From a virus (Duplodnaviria > Caudoviricetes), in IMG/VR virus record IMGVR_UViG_3300029928_000003: DNA of 64,000 bases; one strand, 5' to 3'. A program made the translations under genes and the position numbers. Of the stretch, positions 14,866 to 25,950 are shown piece by piece; the first letter of the stretch is position 1, and each line of letters begins with the position of its first letter. The notes beneath the pieces are model-generated. The model saw only the letters and a program-made list of their open reading frames with translations, made no database searches and was not told where the DNA came from.

Positions 14866-15551
14866 TGTATAGGTTTATATGATTTATTATGAATTTTTCT
14901 ATTCCAATTACTTTTAGCATCTAATATCTAATCCATTTGATTTTGATTAAGATATTCTGTAACCCTTGCTTGATCGCACTATGTTATCCACTATGATTTT
15001 AAAGTGTTAGCTACAGAAATAATTGTAGCATTATTAGTGGCAATTCCTTCTTTATATTTAGTTACATAGGCGCAATAAGTTGCAATAGCTAAAGCTTCTT
15101 TATCTGTTAATTCTGGCAAGCCATTATCATCCAATATTACTCCTTTATATAGAATATTAATCTACCCATAAGGCTCATTAAAATAAAGAGTATCTCCAAC
15201 TCTTTCATATTTTATATATTTGCCCCCTTGATATAAGGGGTGTTTAAATCCTTTTCTACTTTCTATATAAGATTCAGTATAAGCAGAAGTAATATCTCCA
15301 TCTGGTAAAGTATTAGTTACATGATTCCAATCTTCCCAACCTGTAGTAACTGCTTCTATAATATCTGCATTACAAGGTAGATTAATTGGGGTATTACAAT
15401 CATTTACGCATACTTTATATTGATAAAGTTTATATCTTTTATTTCCTATAAGATTCCAGGAAACCAAACCAATCTCTTCAAAAACATCTTCTGGCATTGT
15501 AATACCATATAATGTTTCCATTAAAGTTTCAGCATAATAGAAATTATTCAT
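14862..15551 (-). CDS. Neck/ring (tail tubular-like) protein
   Basis: MNNFYYAETL...INILYKGVILDDNGLPELT...; ends TGA overlapping the next ATG. Confidence 0.65.
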
Positions 15552-16243
15552 CCTGCAGTATATTGTTGATCGTTAGGTAAATTATTTGGAGCTTGTATTC
15601 TATAATAATTTACTTTTTTAATAGTTAATCTTTTTTTAACTTCATTATCTATAAAACTTATATTGTTATCAGATAATGAATTGCAACTAGCACAATTCTT
15701 TAATTCCTAAAGCTGTCTAGGATCTTTAAATATTGCTGTAATAGATACTGATTTTAATAATGGGGCGTTGAATACAAAGCAATCATTCATTCCATTTTCA
15801 TTAGGGGTTGAATCTATCCATACGTATGGTTTATTTTTACCTCTTTTACGATACTTATGTAATCTAAAAGATTGTGCAGAAGTATAATATATAAAAGGCA
15901 ATTGTCTATCACTTGATCCTATATAATCAATAGATTTTAAACCATAATCATTAAGTAGTTGTGGTATTTCAAAATGCGCCGTTGGAGTTAAATCAATATC
16001 AGAATTACACTTACATCTTTCAATATCTTTGCAATCTATAGGTATACAATTTATAGATATATATAAATCTTTAGCAGGTAATATTCCTTTTATAGAATAT
16101 TCCTTGATTACCTATAAACGTTCATCTACTATATCTTGTTCTAATTGCTCCATTGAAAGGCTAAAGTTTGTGTGATACCCCCGTAACCCTCCAATAATAT
16201 CATTATATATAGCAGAAGCTAACTTCTGAATTTGAGTCCACAT
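15548..16243 (-). CDS. Neck/ring protein
   Basis: MWTQIQKLASAIYNDIIGGLRG...AIFKDPRQL...PND; Cys-rich; TAG=Gln. Confidence 0.65.
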
Positions 16244-16259
16244 AATATTAAAAGTAAAA

Positions 16260-16286
16260 AAGGCGAAGGCTTCAAGCCCTCGCCTT
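16260..16286 (-). terminator. Intrinsic terminator
   Basis: AAGGCGAAGGC-ttcaa-GCCCTCGCCTT hairpin followed by a T-run on the minus strand. Confidence 0.75.
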
Positions 16287-16307
16287 CATTATAATATTGA
16301 TTAATTA

Positions 16308-17309
16308 TTATTCGCCATCTTCATGAGTATCCTTTTGATCTGAATTTGCTTTCTTTTCCGCAGGAACTTTTACAATTCCGGCATCAGGAGCAATTACAGT
16401 CAACCCATTTTCAAAATCTGATGCAACTGCTTGATTTACAAAGAATACATGAGTAGTAAGAGATTTAGTAACTTCACCAACTGCATCACCACCCATAATA
16501 CCACGATTAACGCAATAACGAACTACATATTCATTATATTTTGCCCCAAGAACAGGAGCTTCATCTGCGTTAACTGCACCATAAGAAAGACGAGCGGCGG
16601 TAGGAAGACGAAGATTCTTCAAAATATATTGATAAGTACCGAAGCCTTCAACACCTTGTTCAATCTTGAATTGTTCGTCATAATCAGGATTCTTAGTTTT
16701 ACCGTCTTCAAGATATTGCATAGTAGTAGGAAGTGCCGATTTAACAACTTCAAAACCGCCAAAAATAGGACAAGTATCTTTCTTAACAAATTCTTCAATA
16801 TCCATACGAGTAAAACGTTGATATTCATCAGCACCCTTAATAGTTACAACTGCACCAGAAACACTTACTTTTACAAACTCTTTCTCATAAACAGTAAGCA
16901 TAAACTTCTTAGTCATTTTCTTGATACGTTCTGCAACTTTGTCGGCGGTTTCGCCTTTTTTCCAAATAAACTCAATATAGAAAGGACGGCCTTTAAATAC
17001 TAAGTCATTTGCATAGTAAGAATTAGCTGAATCCGAAAGACGAATGTACATTGCGATACGGAAAAGCTTATCTTCATCAATAGGGGCGGTTAATGCACCA
17101 AGATTAAGAGTTGCTTCAGGAACTTTAGGTTCAGTATATTCAGCTTTAGTAATTGAAACCACATTGGGCTTTAAGAACTTAAGATGACGTTTAATATTAA
17201 AGCTGGCGACATTTCCGTCTTTAGCTTCCTGTGAACTCCACAGGGGAGTTTCACCAGTTGAGTAATCTTGATTTGCGTTGATTACTGTAGTTGTTGTAAA
17301 TTGAAACAT
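16308..17309 (-). CDS. Conserved structural protein (probable auxiliary capsid protein)
   Basis: 333-aa TAG-free ORF with high-expression codon usage, in the capsid operon. Confidence 0.7.
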   Translation of the reverse strand: MFQFTTTTVINANQDYSTGETPLWSSQEAKDGNVASFNIKRHLKFLKPNVVSITKAEYTEPKVPEATLNLGALTAPIDEDKLFRIAMYIRLSDSANSYYANDLVFKGRPFYIEFIWKKGETADKVAERIKKMTKKFMLTVYEKEFVKVSVSGAVVTIKGADEYQRFTRMDIEEFVKKDTCPIFGGFEVVKSALPTTMQYLEDGKTKNPDYDEQFKIEQGVEGFGTYQYILKNLRLPTAARLSYGAVNADEAPVLGAKYNEYVVRYCVNRGIMGGDAVGEVTKSLTTHVFFVNQAVASDFENGLTVIAPDAGIVKVPAEKKANSDQKDTHEDGE

Positions 17310-17317
17310 AATTAAAA

Positions 17318-18265
17318 TTATTTAGTTGTACTCTATTGCTGAACTGGATTTGCAATAGTTTGTGTTACTGCACTGTGTGTTTGTAATCTAGGATCTGCGG
17401 TATTTTCCATTACCAATGTTACCAGTTCATTTATTATCTCTTGACATACATAGTCTGGAAATTCCATAATCTATGAAGTGTCTTCTGTAAGATCTACCTA
17501 TTGCTAGGTAAGTCTAATTGTTTGTGGAGCTTTTATATAATCAATAAGTACGTGTTTTAATGCAAAAATACTATCATCTTTGCCGTACCGAATTTCACAT
17601 CTAACTTTCGATGTATTACCATATCTTACTGCAGCTTCTTTTTCTACTAAACTACTTTTATGACCATTATTACCAATAATTACTCGGTCTAAGTTTGTAT
17701 TATTACCTTCAGTCTTTTGTACCGTATCAGGCACCTAACCTACTTCTACATTATAAACTCCATTCATATCCGTATCAGGATTTGTAGGAATTTTAGTATT
17801 AGTATTTACATTATGTAAATAGTAGTAAGGTCTTTCTGGAAGCGGCCTATTATAAAAATCATTTACTATAACTGACCAAGCGTCGGCTGTTAATCGTTTA
17901 GCAGCAAATTCAACTATGTCTCCTTTATTATAGCATTTATAATTTTGATTTAATTCATAGACACATATACAATTAAGCATGTGTAAATAATCAGTGGGTA
18001 AATCAAATTCATAAGTTGCTTTAAATAAGGGTTGAATAGTAGTGCCGTATTTAGTTGTATGAGTAGGATCAATTACTGCAGTAGCTTTTAATACACGAAG
18101 ATCATCAGTTGTTTGCTAATTGACATCGTAGATGTTATAGCGTTTATTTATATATTGATTAATCGCTTTATTAATAAAATAATTAAAGTCTTGTAAGAGC
18201 ATACTTGGGGCATGAACCTTACTAAGCTCCGTTAGCAATCCTTCAAATACCTATCTAGATGTCAT
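17318..18265 (-). CDS. Neck/ring protein
   Basis: MTSRQVFEGLLTELSK..FNYFINKAINQY..DDLRVL..LPTDYLHML..YIKAP..EFPDYVCQEII; TAG=Gln. Confidence 0.7.
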
Positions 18266-18288
18266 AATTAATCAATTTATTATTAAAT

Positions 18289-19140
18289 TTATTGTTTATC
18301 AATGACTAAATCAGGAAAAGTATCCTTTTTCATCATTTCAACTACTTGTTGATTGCTAGGAGATTTCATCCATTCTACTGCGGCTTCTTCTGTAGCCCCA
18401 ATAGGTCTTGTACCATAAAGATACATTTTATTTTTTATAGTAACAATCTTTTTATCCTTAGCTGTTACTAATAATAATCTGAGGTCATTATCGTCTCCAG
18501 TATAAAGTTTAATAATTCTCTCTGGATCTTTTTCTGCAACAGTAAGTAGATAATCTTCTACATCTGCTGTGGGCATATTAGTCATGTGCTTACCAAGCAG
18601 TTTAGCAATCATTAATCGTCCATCGGCACCCTTTGGATCATTAGTAATAAAGTTACAAGCTTCCAAAACTTTCTTCTTTCTAGATACGCGTCTTTGTGTT
18701 TCTATACCAGGACGGTCAATATAAAGTTCAGCTATACCATAACGACGATGTTTCCATTCTTTACGATTCATCGTGCCGTGAATCATATATGTACCATCAC
18801 TATTTTTAGCTGTAAGTTCTGGTGCAATAAGAGGGCAATTCTTAATTGCCTCCCAAGTAGCGGCATCTTCAGGATTCTTTAAATCAAAAATCTTACCATC
18901 TGTAATTACAAATACCGCTGTCTCTGGGAAGAATATTTTCTTCTTGCTTGCATAATCATTCTTCTCAGCATCGCTGAGAATCATATCTCCATGAGAATCT
19001 ACTTTCTTTACACACTCGGGATATCTACCTAGTTTATCTTTACAAGGTTGAATGAAGTATTTCATCCCAACTTTACCATAAACACTTCTTAGAATTATTT
19101 TATCATTAAAAATTAAATCAGTTTGTGTTACTTTAGTCAT
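18289..19140 (-). CDS. Conserved crAss protein downstream of the major capsid gene
   Basis: 283-aa TAG-free ORF; position. Confidence 0.75.
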   Translation of the reverse strand: MTKVTQTDLIFNDKIILRSVYGKVGMKYFIQPCKDKLGRYPECVKKVDSHGDMILSDAEKNDYASKKKIFFPETAVFVITDGKIFDLKNPEDAATWEAIKNCPLIAPELTAKNSDGTYMIHGTMNRKEWKHRRYGIAELYIDRPGIETQRRVSRKKKVLEACNFITNDPKGADGRLMIAKLLGKHMTNMPTADVEDYLLTVAEKDPERIIKLYTGDDNDLRLLLVTAKDKKIVTIKNKMYLYGTRPIGATEEAAVEWMKSPSNQQVVEMMKKDTFPDLVIDKQ

Positions 19141-19166
19141 ATTAATTCATATTATCATAAAAATAA

Positions 19167-19198
19167 AATGAGGGGAGGGTATTAAGGCTCCCCTCATT
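19167..19198 (-). terminator. Intrinsic terminator after the major capsid gene
   Basis: AATGAGGGGAG...CTCCCCTCATT hairpin followed by a T-rich tract. Confidence 0.75.
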
Positions 19199-19213
19199 AA
19201 TCTAAAATCTGTA

Positions 19214-22200
19214 TTAAGCTTGTCTTAAAATAAAGCTTCTGTAAGGCGCAAATACGCCTATTCCGGCATCAATACATAAGTATTAGTAGACTATATCTTT
19301 AATTTAATCCAAATATTTATATCGAAATCCCTTCGCAAATTCATCTCTTCCTTGTAATACATGAATCATTCCAGATCCATTAATTCTTTTACATTCTGTT
19401 AAGGATTTATATTTTTCTAATAAATTCCAATTTTTATCAAATTTCCCAACTGGGCGAGATTTTCCATTTTTTGGACATATTGAAGGCATCTTATCTAATT
19501 TTTCAAAACTCCATTGAAAATTTCCAGCAGTACGTTTTAATTTAATTGCAGTATATATATTGCTTGTTATTCCAAGGGCTTTCTTTGCCTAAGTCATATT
19601 AGGATAAGAAGCAATATAATTTCCATTTAAATCATACTAATATACTTCAAATGATTGGACGGACTCGCTTCTTGATGTACTGTATTTTTGGGAATAGGTT
19701 ATTGTAAAATATTTATTCTTACAAATTCCACCAGTTTTGATAGCAACTGAAAGATTAGAGCTATTAATTTTTAAAATTTCAGAAGCTTTCTTTATAGATT
19801 CATAACAGCATTCAAAATTTCCATCAAGTCCATACTAAAATACTGGAATTTTACTATGGCCTTCATATTGATGCATTTTAGATAAATCTAATTTGTCGTA
19901 TTTTGTTTTAGTCCAAAAAAATCCACAACATTTATGTTTGTTTATCAAAGCTCTTTGTATTGATTTTAAGTTTCTATTAATTTCAATAGAAGCTCTTAAT
20001 ATTGACTAATGTTCTTTTAAAAAATTTCCATCAGCATCATACTAATATACTTTGATTCTCTGTAAAATCTATCCCCCAACTTTACCTCCTAACGCCATAT
20101 TATATACATCATTCCGTTTTAGAAACTCTTCCGTTACTATATTAGCTTCTAAATCGAAAGCATCTTCTTCATTATCAAATATAGCAATAGTATTCCTTAT
20201 GAATTTATCAGGACCATATTTTTTTAAAGCATAATGAAATAAATTTTTACTATGCTAATACGTTGAAGGGCGATTCGCGTATGCACCACATCCCAGATAC
20301 TAATCAAAATAATCTGGGTTAGTCATGTGTACTCCGATATAAATTTTTTTATTGATAGTATTTGTTGTACAATATACTATCCATTTTAAATTATTATTCA
20401 TTTCGATTATATTTTTAAATTAATATATCTACGGCGCACTGCCTAGTCGTTGAACTTTCTTATTATTACTGCCTAAAGGCACTTAAATAATATTTAGCTG
20501 CTGATTGTCAAAAGAAATTATTTTTTAGCGATTCATAAAGATATTGTAGCATAATTTCCGTTTAGGTTTTCCAGCAATTAGAATATTTTTTAGATGGATC
20601 GTGCCGATTATTCAACCCATCATTATCAGCTTAGAACCTGCTACTGGAGAGCTAACTACTCCCGATTCTACTCCTGAAAGGCCGCCTACACCAGGATACT
20701 TTGATGTCATGATGTCTGCACCTTTAAGTGAGAACATAGCAATTGCGGGTTTACCGCTAGCAAGGTCTGCCGTTAAATCAATGCACATTCCATAACCCTT
20801 ATCACCATATTCACGAGTAAATGTACGATCCACCGTAAATGTGATAGAGTTACCTGCAAATTCATAAGTCGAGAATGTTGCACCTACTTTTACGTAGTTA
20901 TTTGCAGCTTTAGAATACATATAAGTACCATCTGTCTTGAAATCAGCCAGATAATGACCTAATGTATATTGAATATCATTCCACAATTTTTCATTGCAAA
21001 TGAACATATAGTGATTTCCAGTAGCTTTTTCAGCCTTCTCGTTCATTGTCTGCATTATTGTGTGGAATACCTCAACAGTAGGCTTATCGTTATATACATA
21101 CTTAGATGCAAAACGTTCTACTTGAGGGATCAATCCGTCGCCAATATAAATCAATTTTGTTAGTCATTAAGTTTCCTTAATGTTCAGACTATATCTTTAA
21201 CTTAATCAATATATTTAAAAATATACCCACCTGTTGTTTTTCTTGTACCATTACATACTTTTCGACAAGCTGGAAATTCTTTTTGACATGCAGAAATCGT
21301 ATCCCAAATCTTTATAAGATTTCCATCTTTATCATATTGAGCTATTTTAATAGGAGTTAATTGTCTTTCTTTATAAATTGGAATTATATTATCTTTTTCA
21401 TAACTCCATTTGTACTCAGAACAACAAGATTCATTTTTGATAGCTCTTATTATATTTCCAGTACTTGTATTATTTTGTCTAGCTGCTCAGATAAAGATTC
21501 ATATTCTTTATCAAATTCTCCAGTTTTTAAGTACCTGTAAACAACAGTTTGATTTCTCAATTTTCTAGAATTAATATTATTAATAACTTCATTTATATCA
21601 TCATTAGAGTGTAGAAAATAATAACCGCTATATTTATGCTTTTCGTAAATTGCACTATTAATAGCTTTAAAATCTAAGTCCAATTTTTGGGAAGTTTCTT
21701 TAGCAGTCCTAAAAGAATTTAATAACATTCCTTCAGAATTATATTGAAATACTGCTTCTCTAGCACTTAATCGGTATTCTTCTATATTTATTGCATCAGA
21801 CTCAGACCAATAATTATTATTAAAACTTCTTTTATCATTAATACACATTATTATTCTGTCCTTATTACAATTAAAAGTTTTAGTAATACTTATAATAGAA
21901 TCCCATTTTTTAATAAGATTTCCATCAAAATCAAATTGATAAATTATTTTAGATCGGGTTGGAGAGATAAATCCTCCCAAAGTCATATTATAAGTATCTT
22001 CTCTTTTAATAAAGCTTTCATTAACTAATTCTGCTTCTAATTTAAATGCTCCCTCTGCAGAATCAAAAACTTTAAAAGTTTTTCTAATAAAATTTTTAGG
22101 ACCATATTTTAAAATAGCATTATGTAAATGATATTTAGTTTTATTATAACTTGATGGTTTATTAGCGTAAGCACCACATCCTAAATACCCATCGAATACA

Positions 22201-24779
22201 TCAGGATCTTCTGTTTTGTGCACTCCAATATAAATTTTATTATTAATTTTATTAATTGTTTGATATACTATATATTTCATAATATTGTTAAGTTAGTTCC
22301 CATTTCCACTAAAAAGTGTACGATTAAATAATCTAGTCGTTAAACCTCTATCTCAACTACCTATTGGCCTGTTATATGAGATATTTGGCTGCTGATTGCC
22401 ATATCCGTAGATTTAGGTTTCCAGCAATTAAAGAACTTTATTTGTATAAGCCTCTCGACTTACCGACCCGTTTATTAAGCGGCGAAACTTAGTAAAAATT
22501 CAGGTCTACCAGTATCTGGATCACAGATTGTGGCCTTACCATTAGCGTCAATATTAGTTTTATTGAATAACAAACCCTGGTTACGCGAAACAAGGAAGTT
22601 ATCAAGGAGTTCTTTCTCCTTCTTATTCATTTTATAGATTGTTTCACTAAGACAACCTTGATTCTTGCCTTCTGCAATGCTTACAAATACATCTTCATGA
22701 GCAGCATAAAGCGAAGACCACGAGATATCATTACGGAATGTAGTAATATAATTGCGATGCTTCTCAATATTGCTTTGGCTCTTAACGTACCCTTCTTCAG
22801 AAAGTTCGGGCATTGCATTAGACTAGAATCTTGTAGTCATACCGACCTAACATCCTGATAAATCAAGTTCAGATGAATAATCATTATCAATTAAGCGAAC
22901 AACTACCTCCCAGTAATCCATTTTATAGACTATATCATTTATTAATTTTAATTATATTGTCTTTAAAGTATTTATTACCTTGTAATAAATCTTTAATATT
23001 CTTTTTAGATAAATCATAATCTTTTTGTAAATCTTCAAGATTACTATATTTTTTTATAAAGTTACCATATTTATCATATACACTTATACCCTTATTAGTA
23101 CATTGTGGCTCTAAATAAATATAGAAATCTTGATACTTATTATGATATTCTTCAAATATCTTACTTATTTTGTTCCAAGAATGTAATTTAATTATCTTCA
23201 TTAATTCTTTTCCTTTGCACTTTGTAATAAAATTCATATCAGAATCATATACATAAAATTCTGCACTTTTATACCTAGTCCTAGGTTTAGAATAGAATAG
23301 ATCACACATTTTGGTAGAAACAAAATATTCATTATCTATAAGATTTTGAGATACTATATATTTCATTAATTCTTTAATATCTAATTTAAGATATTTAGCG
23401 CAACTAAGTTTGGAATTAAATTCTCTTAATAGTTTACCATTCTTACTATATACATAATAATAATTAGAATAAGTTTTATTTATAAATTCATTCAGTTTTA
23501 TTTTATTATTAGTACTCCAATACGAATCTAGAAATAACACTTTACTATTAACCGCTGATTGAAATTTAAATGCAGAATAACCATAAAAAGATTCTGCTTC
23601 TCTGTAATTAGTCCATTTTTTAACTAATAGTCCTTCTTTATTGAATTGATAAATAGGAATATTTACGTGATCAATAAAAGTATTAAAAGTTCTAGCAGAT
23701 TTAATAAAGTCTTTATTTAATAATTGATCTAATTTATTATATGCTTCTTGTTCATTATCATAAACATATAGTACAACTCTTTTAAATTCTTTTGAACCGT
23801 ATTTCTTAACTGCACATTGTAAAGGCGTTTTCGGGTATTTAAAACTAGAATTGGAATTAATCCAACACCCTGCACCTATATAACCATCAAACTTATCTGG
23901 GTTTTCTGTTTTATGCACTCCTAAATAAATACGATTATCTCTTAAAGAGATAGTTAAAAAGACAATATATTTCATTTAATAATTCAGTTTTTTAATTTAT
24001 TAATTTATAGGTTTCCCTTAGTCGTTGAACATTTCTATATAATATAGATATGCTGCTGATTATCAATTTGACTTTCCAGCAATTTAAAGAATTTATTTTA
24101 AAGCGAGACAATTAACTGGGTTGTTTATCACGCTTTCTGGTAGGCCTACTAACTACTATGCACTGTTGCATTGTTGCATCAATTTTAAAGATATCATACT
24201 TCTCATAGTAGCGTTCCTTAAATGCCATTACAATTTCGCCGCCATTCTCACCAGTTTCCTGGGGAACATCTGCGAATTCAATACGTTTAATAAAGTTAGT
24301 TTCTACTTCCCATTCAAACATCATTGAATCTACTGATTGGAACTTATTTGCTCCCTTTACATCATTATAGAAGATATTCTTTAATGATTCAGTAAGATAT
24401 GTAGCGGTGTTTTCAGGATAAAGGCGTGATACTACGCCAAGCTTATGAGGGCGTGCGCCCAAGAACTTATAGAAATCTTCATAAGTTCTAGTTTCTGACA
24501 TCGTAGGTCTATTCAATATTGTTATCCTGTATCTTTTTAATTATACAGTTCTATTAGTTTACCATCCTAATAGTTCAGACTATATCTTCTATCTTCCGCG
24601 CTCGTGTCAATATTATTGATTGAGCTATCTCAATTGTTAGTCGTTGAACCTATTTCTTACTTCTATGCTCTTCAGAAAGTTGGCTGCTGATTACCCAAGA
24701 AATTATGAGGGAGGGTTTCCAGCAGTTCACGGAATTTAACGTCACCAAATAGCTCAGTGACAAAATTTGCAACTATCAT
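19214..24779 (-). CDS. Major capsid protein, 5 exons (24756-24779, 24127-24513, 22502-22918, 20614-21151, 19214-19269; 473 aa spliced)
   Basis: Exons join in frame: MIVANFVT|NRPTMSETRTYEDF..RKRD|DYWEVVVRL..DPDTGRP|IYIGDGLIPQ..LIMMG-Y|AGIGVFAPYRSFILRQA*; 1422 nt; each junction is U|...G| with P1/P10 pairing. Confidence 0.9.
19270..20613 (-). mobile_element. Group I intron 4 of major capsid gene
   Basis: P1 GATGGGTT/GATCCATC; P10 TGCCG/CGGCA; core TTGCTGGAAA, AATCAGCAGC, GTTCAACGACTA, AAGATATAGTCT; splits a Tyr codon T|AT. Confidence 0.88.
19304..20401 (-). CDS. Intron-encoded GIY-YIG homing endonuclease with NUMOD1 repeats (TAG-recoded)
   Basis: WIVYCTTNTINKKIYIGVH..YLGCG..YNMALGG; several VYQYD-type repeats with Q encoded by TAG; 365 aa. 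Confidence 0.85.
21152..22501 (-). mobile_element. Group I intron 3 of major capsid gene
   Basis: P1 GACCU/GGGTC; conserved core motifs; terminal G at 21152. Confidence 0.88.
21202..22280 (-). CDS. Intron-encoded GIY-YIG/NUMOD1 homing endonuclease, frameshifted near 21486
   Basis: MKYIVYQTINKINNKIYIGVHKT..; the 276-aa frame stops at 21450, while a shifted frame continues AARQNNTS..IAQYDKDGNLIKIWD..GYIFKYID* to 21202. Confidence 0.8.
22919..24126 (-). mobile_element. Group I intron 2 of major capsid gene
   Basis: P1 AAAGCGTGAU/GTCTCGCTTT; P10 GATTACTGGG/CCCAGTTAATT; core motifs; very short 3' end (GATATAGTCTATAAAATG). Confidence 0.85.
22935..23975 (-). CDS. Intron-encoded GIY-YIG/NUMOD1 homing endonuclease
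   Basis: MKYIVFLTISLRDNRIYLGVHKT..FDGYIGAG; IYQFNKEG and VYDKYG repeats; 346 aa, no TAG. Confidence 0.85.
   Translation of the reverse strand: MKYIVFLTISLRDNRIYLGVHKTENPDKFDGYIGAGCWINSNSSFKYPKTPLQCAVKKYGSKEFKRVVLYVYDNEQEAYNKLDQLLNKDFIKSARTFNTFIDHVNIPIYQFNKEGLLVKKWTNYREAESFYGYSAFKFQSAVNSKVLFLDSYWSTNNKIKLNEFINKTYSNYYYVYSKNGKLLREFNSKLSCAKYLKLDIKELMKYIVSQNLIDNEYFVSTKMCDLFYSKPRTRYKSAEFYVYDSDMNFITKCKGKELMKIIKLHSWNKISKIFEEYHNKYQDFYIYLEPQCTNKGISVYDKYGNFIKKYSNLEDLQKDYDLSKKNIKDLLQGNKYFKDNIIKINK
24514..24755 (-). mobile_element. Group I intron 1 of major capsid gene (ORF-less, 242 nt)
   Basis: P1 GTCACU/GGTGAC; P10 AATAG/CTATT; core CTGCTGGAAA, AATCAGCAGC, GTTCAACGACTA, AAGATATAGTCT. Confidence 0.9.
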
Positions 24780-24800
24780 AATTTCTTATTTAAAATGTTC

Positions 24801-25859
24801 TTAATCTAAATCATCAATACTTAGATGATTCGTTTTTTTGTTTTGTTTATAAACGGTAACTGGTTTTTTATTCATCTCTTTAACTTTTCCAGCTCTTGCG
24901 TCTGCAACCCCTTTATTATAAGAGTCCCTACGTACTTGTGTAACTGAATGACGAACGTAATCCGAAATATCGTCCAACATTTGTTCTCCATGTAAAGCAA
25001 ACCAAGCCATTCTTGTTAAGATAGCTGGATCATTCATTGCTTTACCTAAGATACTTACACCGGCTTCGTCTTGTCCTACAATAAAGTCATAAAGTTCTTC
25101 TTTATCATTATTGTCCATATTAAGATCAAAGCCATTAAACTCATTAAAGTTTATTACCTGATCTCTAATTGCATTTGCAAACTGGTTAAACTGCTCTTGC
25201 TATTCTTGTTGCTACATATACTGTGCATACTGTGCATTTTCATCTTCTACTTTTTTATATTCATTACGAATAGCTTCAACCTGTTTTTTAAACAAAGTTT
25301 CATTAGATTTAGCCTTATCTAAGGCTTCTTGAATCTCATCATCCGTTATGTTGTTTCTACCCATTCGTGAAATAAGATCTGTCGCAAAGACATCTTCGTC
25401 ACTGAACTAATCTATATTATATACTGGTTCTGAATTGGCTTGCAAATTTTGAGCGTAATAATTTGCACCCTGATTAGCAACATAATTTAGATATTCTTGA
25501 GGCGACATCCTACTATTACGAATAGCTGAAATTAATTGTTGTTCAGACTAATCTAAAGAACTATTATTTGTTTCAAGATTATGCAGAATAGAAAGCTTTT
25601 CATTAGATCCAAGTGAATCCCAATTTACTTCTTCCTCGCTGCCATCGTTATCTTCGTACTTAATCTTTGAAATATCAGAAATTCCTTTAGATTTTAAAAA
25701 CTCAGAAATAATCTCTCTATCGCTAAGATTCTAATCTTGCGAATCATCTTGATCCTAAGTATCGTAATTAGATACTTCTGATGTATCTTGAGTTGTGGTA
25801 TCTTCACCCTAATTTTGATCGACTTCATCGAAATCAATATCATTAATTCCTATTTCCAT
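24801..25859 (-). CDS. Acidic helical protein upstream of capsid gene (putative scaffold)
   Basis: MEIGINDIDFDEV... 352 aa with TAG=Gln; D/E/Q-rich. Confidence 0.65.
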
Positions 25860-25885
25860 AAAATTACATTTAATTAAAATACATA

Positions 25886-25893
25886 CAAATATA
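25886..25893 (-). promoter_or_regulatory. Bacteroidota -7 promoter element (TATATTTG)
   Basis: Matches TAnnTTTG about 27 nt upstream of the scaffold/capsid operon start; AT-rich context lowers specificity. Confidence 0.4.
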
Positions 25894-25950
25894 TAAAAAC
25901 TATAATTTTATAAAATATAAAATATTCGCTAATTATAAAATTATAGACTA

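Noticed and set aside
16431-17003. 190-aa plus-strand ORF and other antisense ORFs (e.g. 1715-1984, 43355-43696, 44420-44767, 49912-50265, 63486-63677)
   Set aside because: They are shadows of well-supported genes on the opposite strand and have no recognisable motifs
21152-24516. TTG/ATG 'starts' at the heads of capsid and terL exons (24516, 21154, 46398)
   Set aside because: They are formed by the intron's terminal G; the segments are exons, not independent genes
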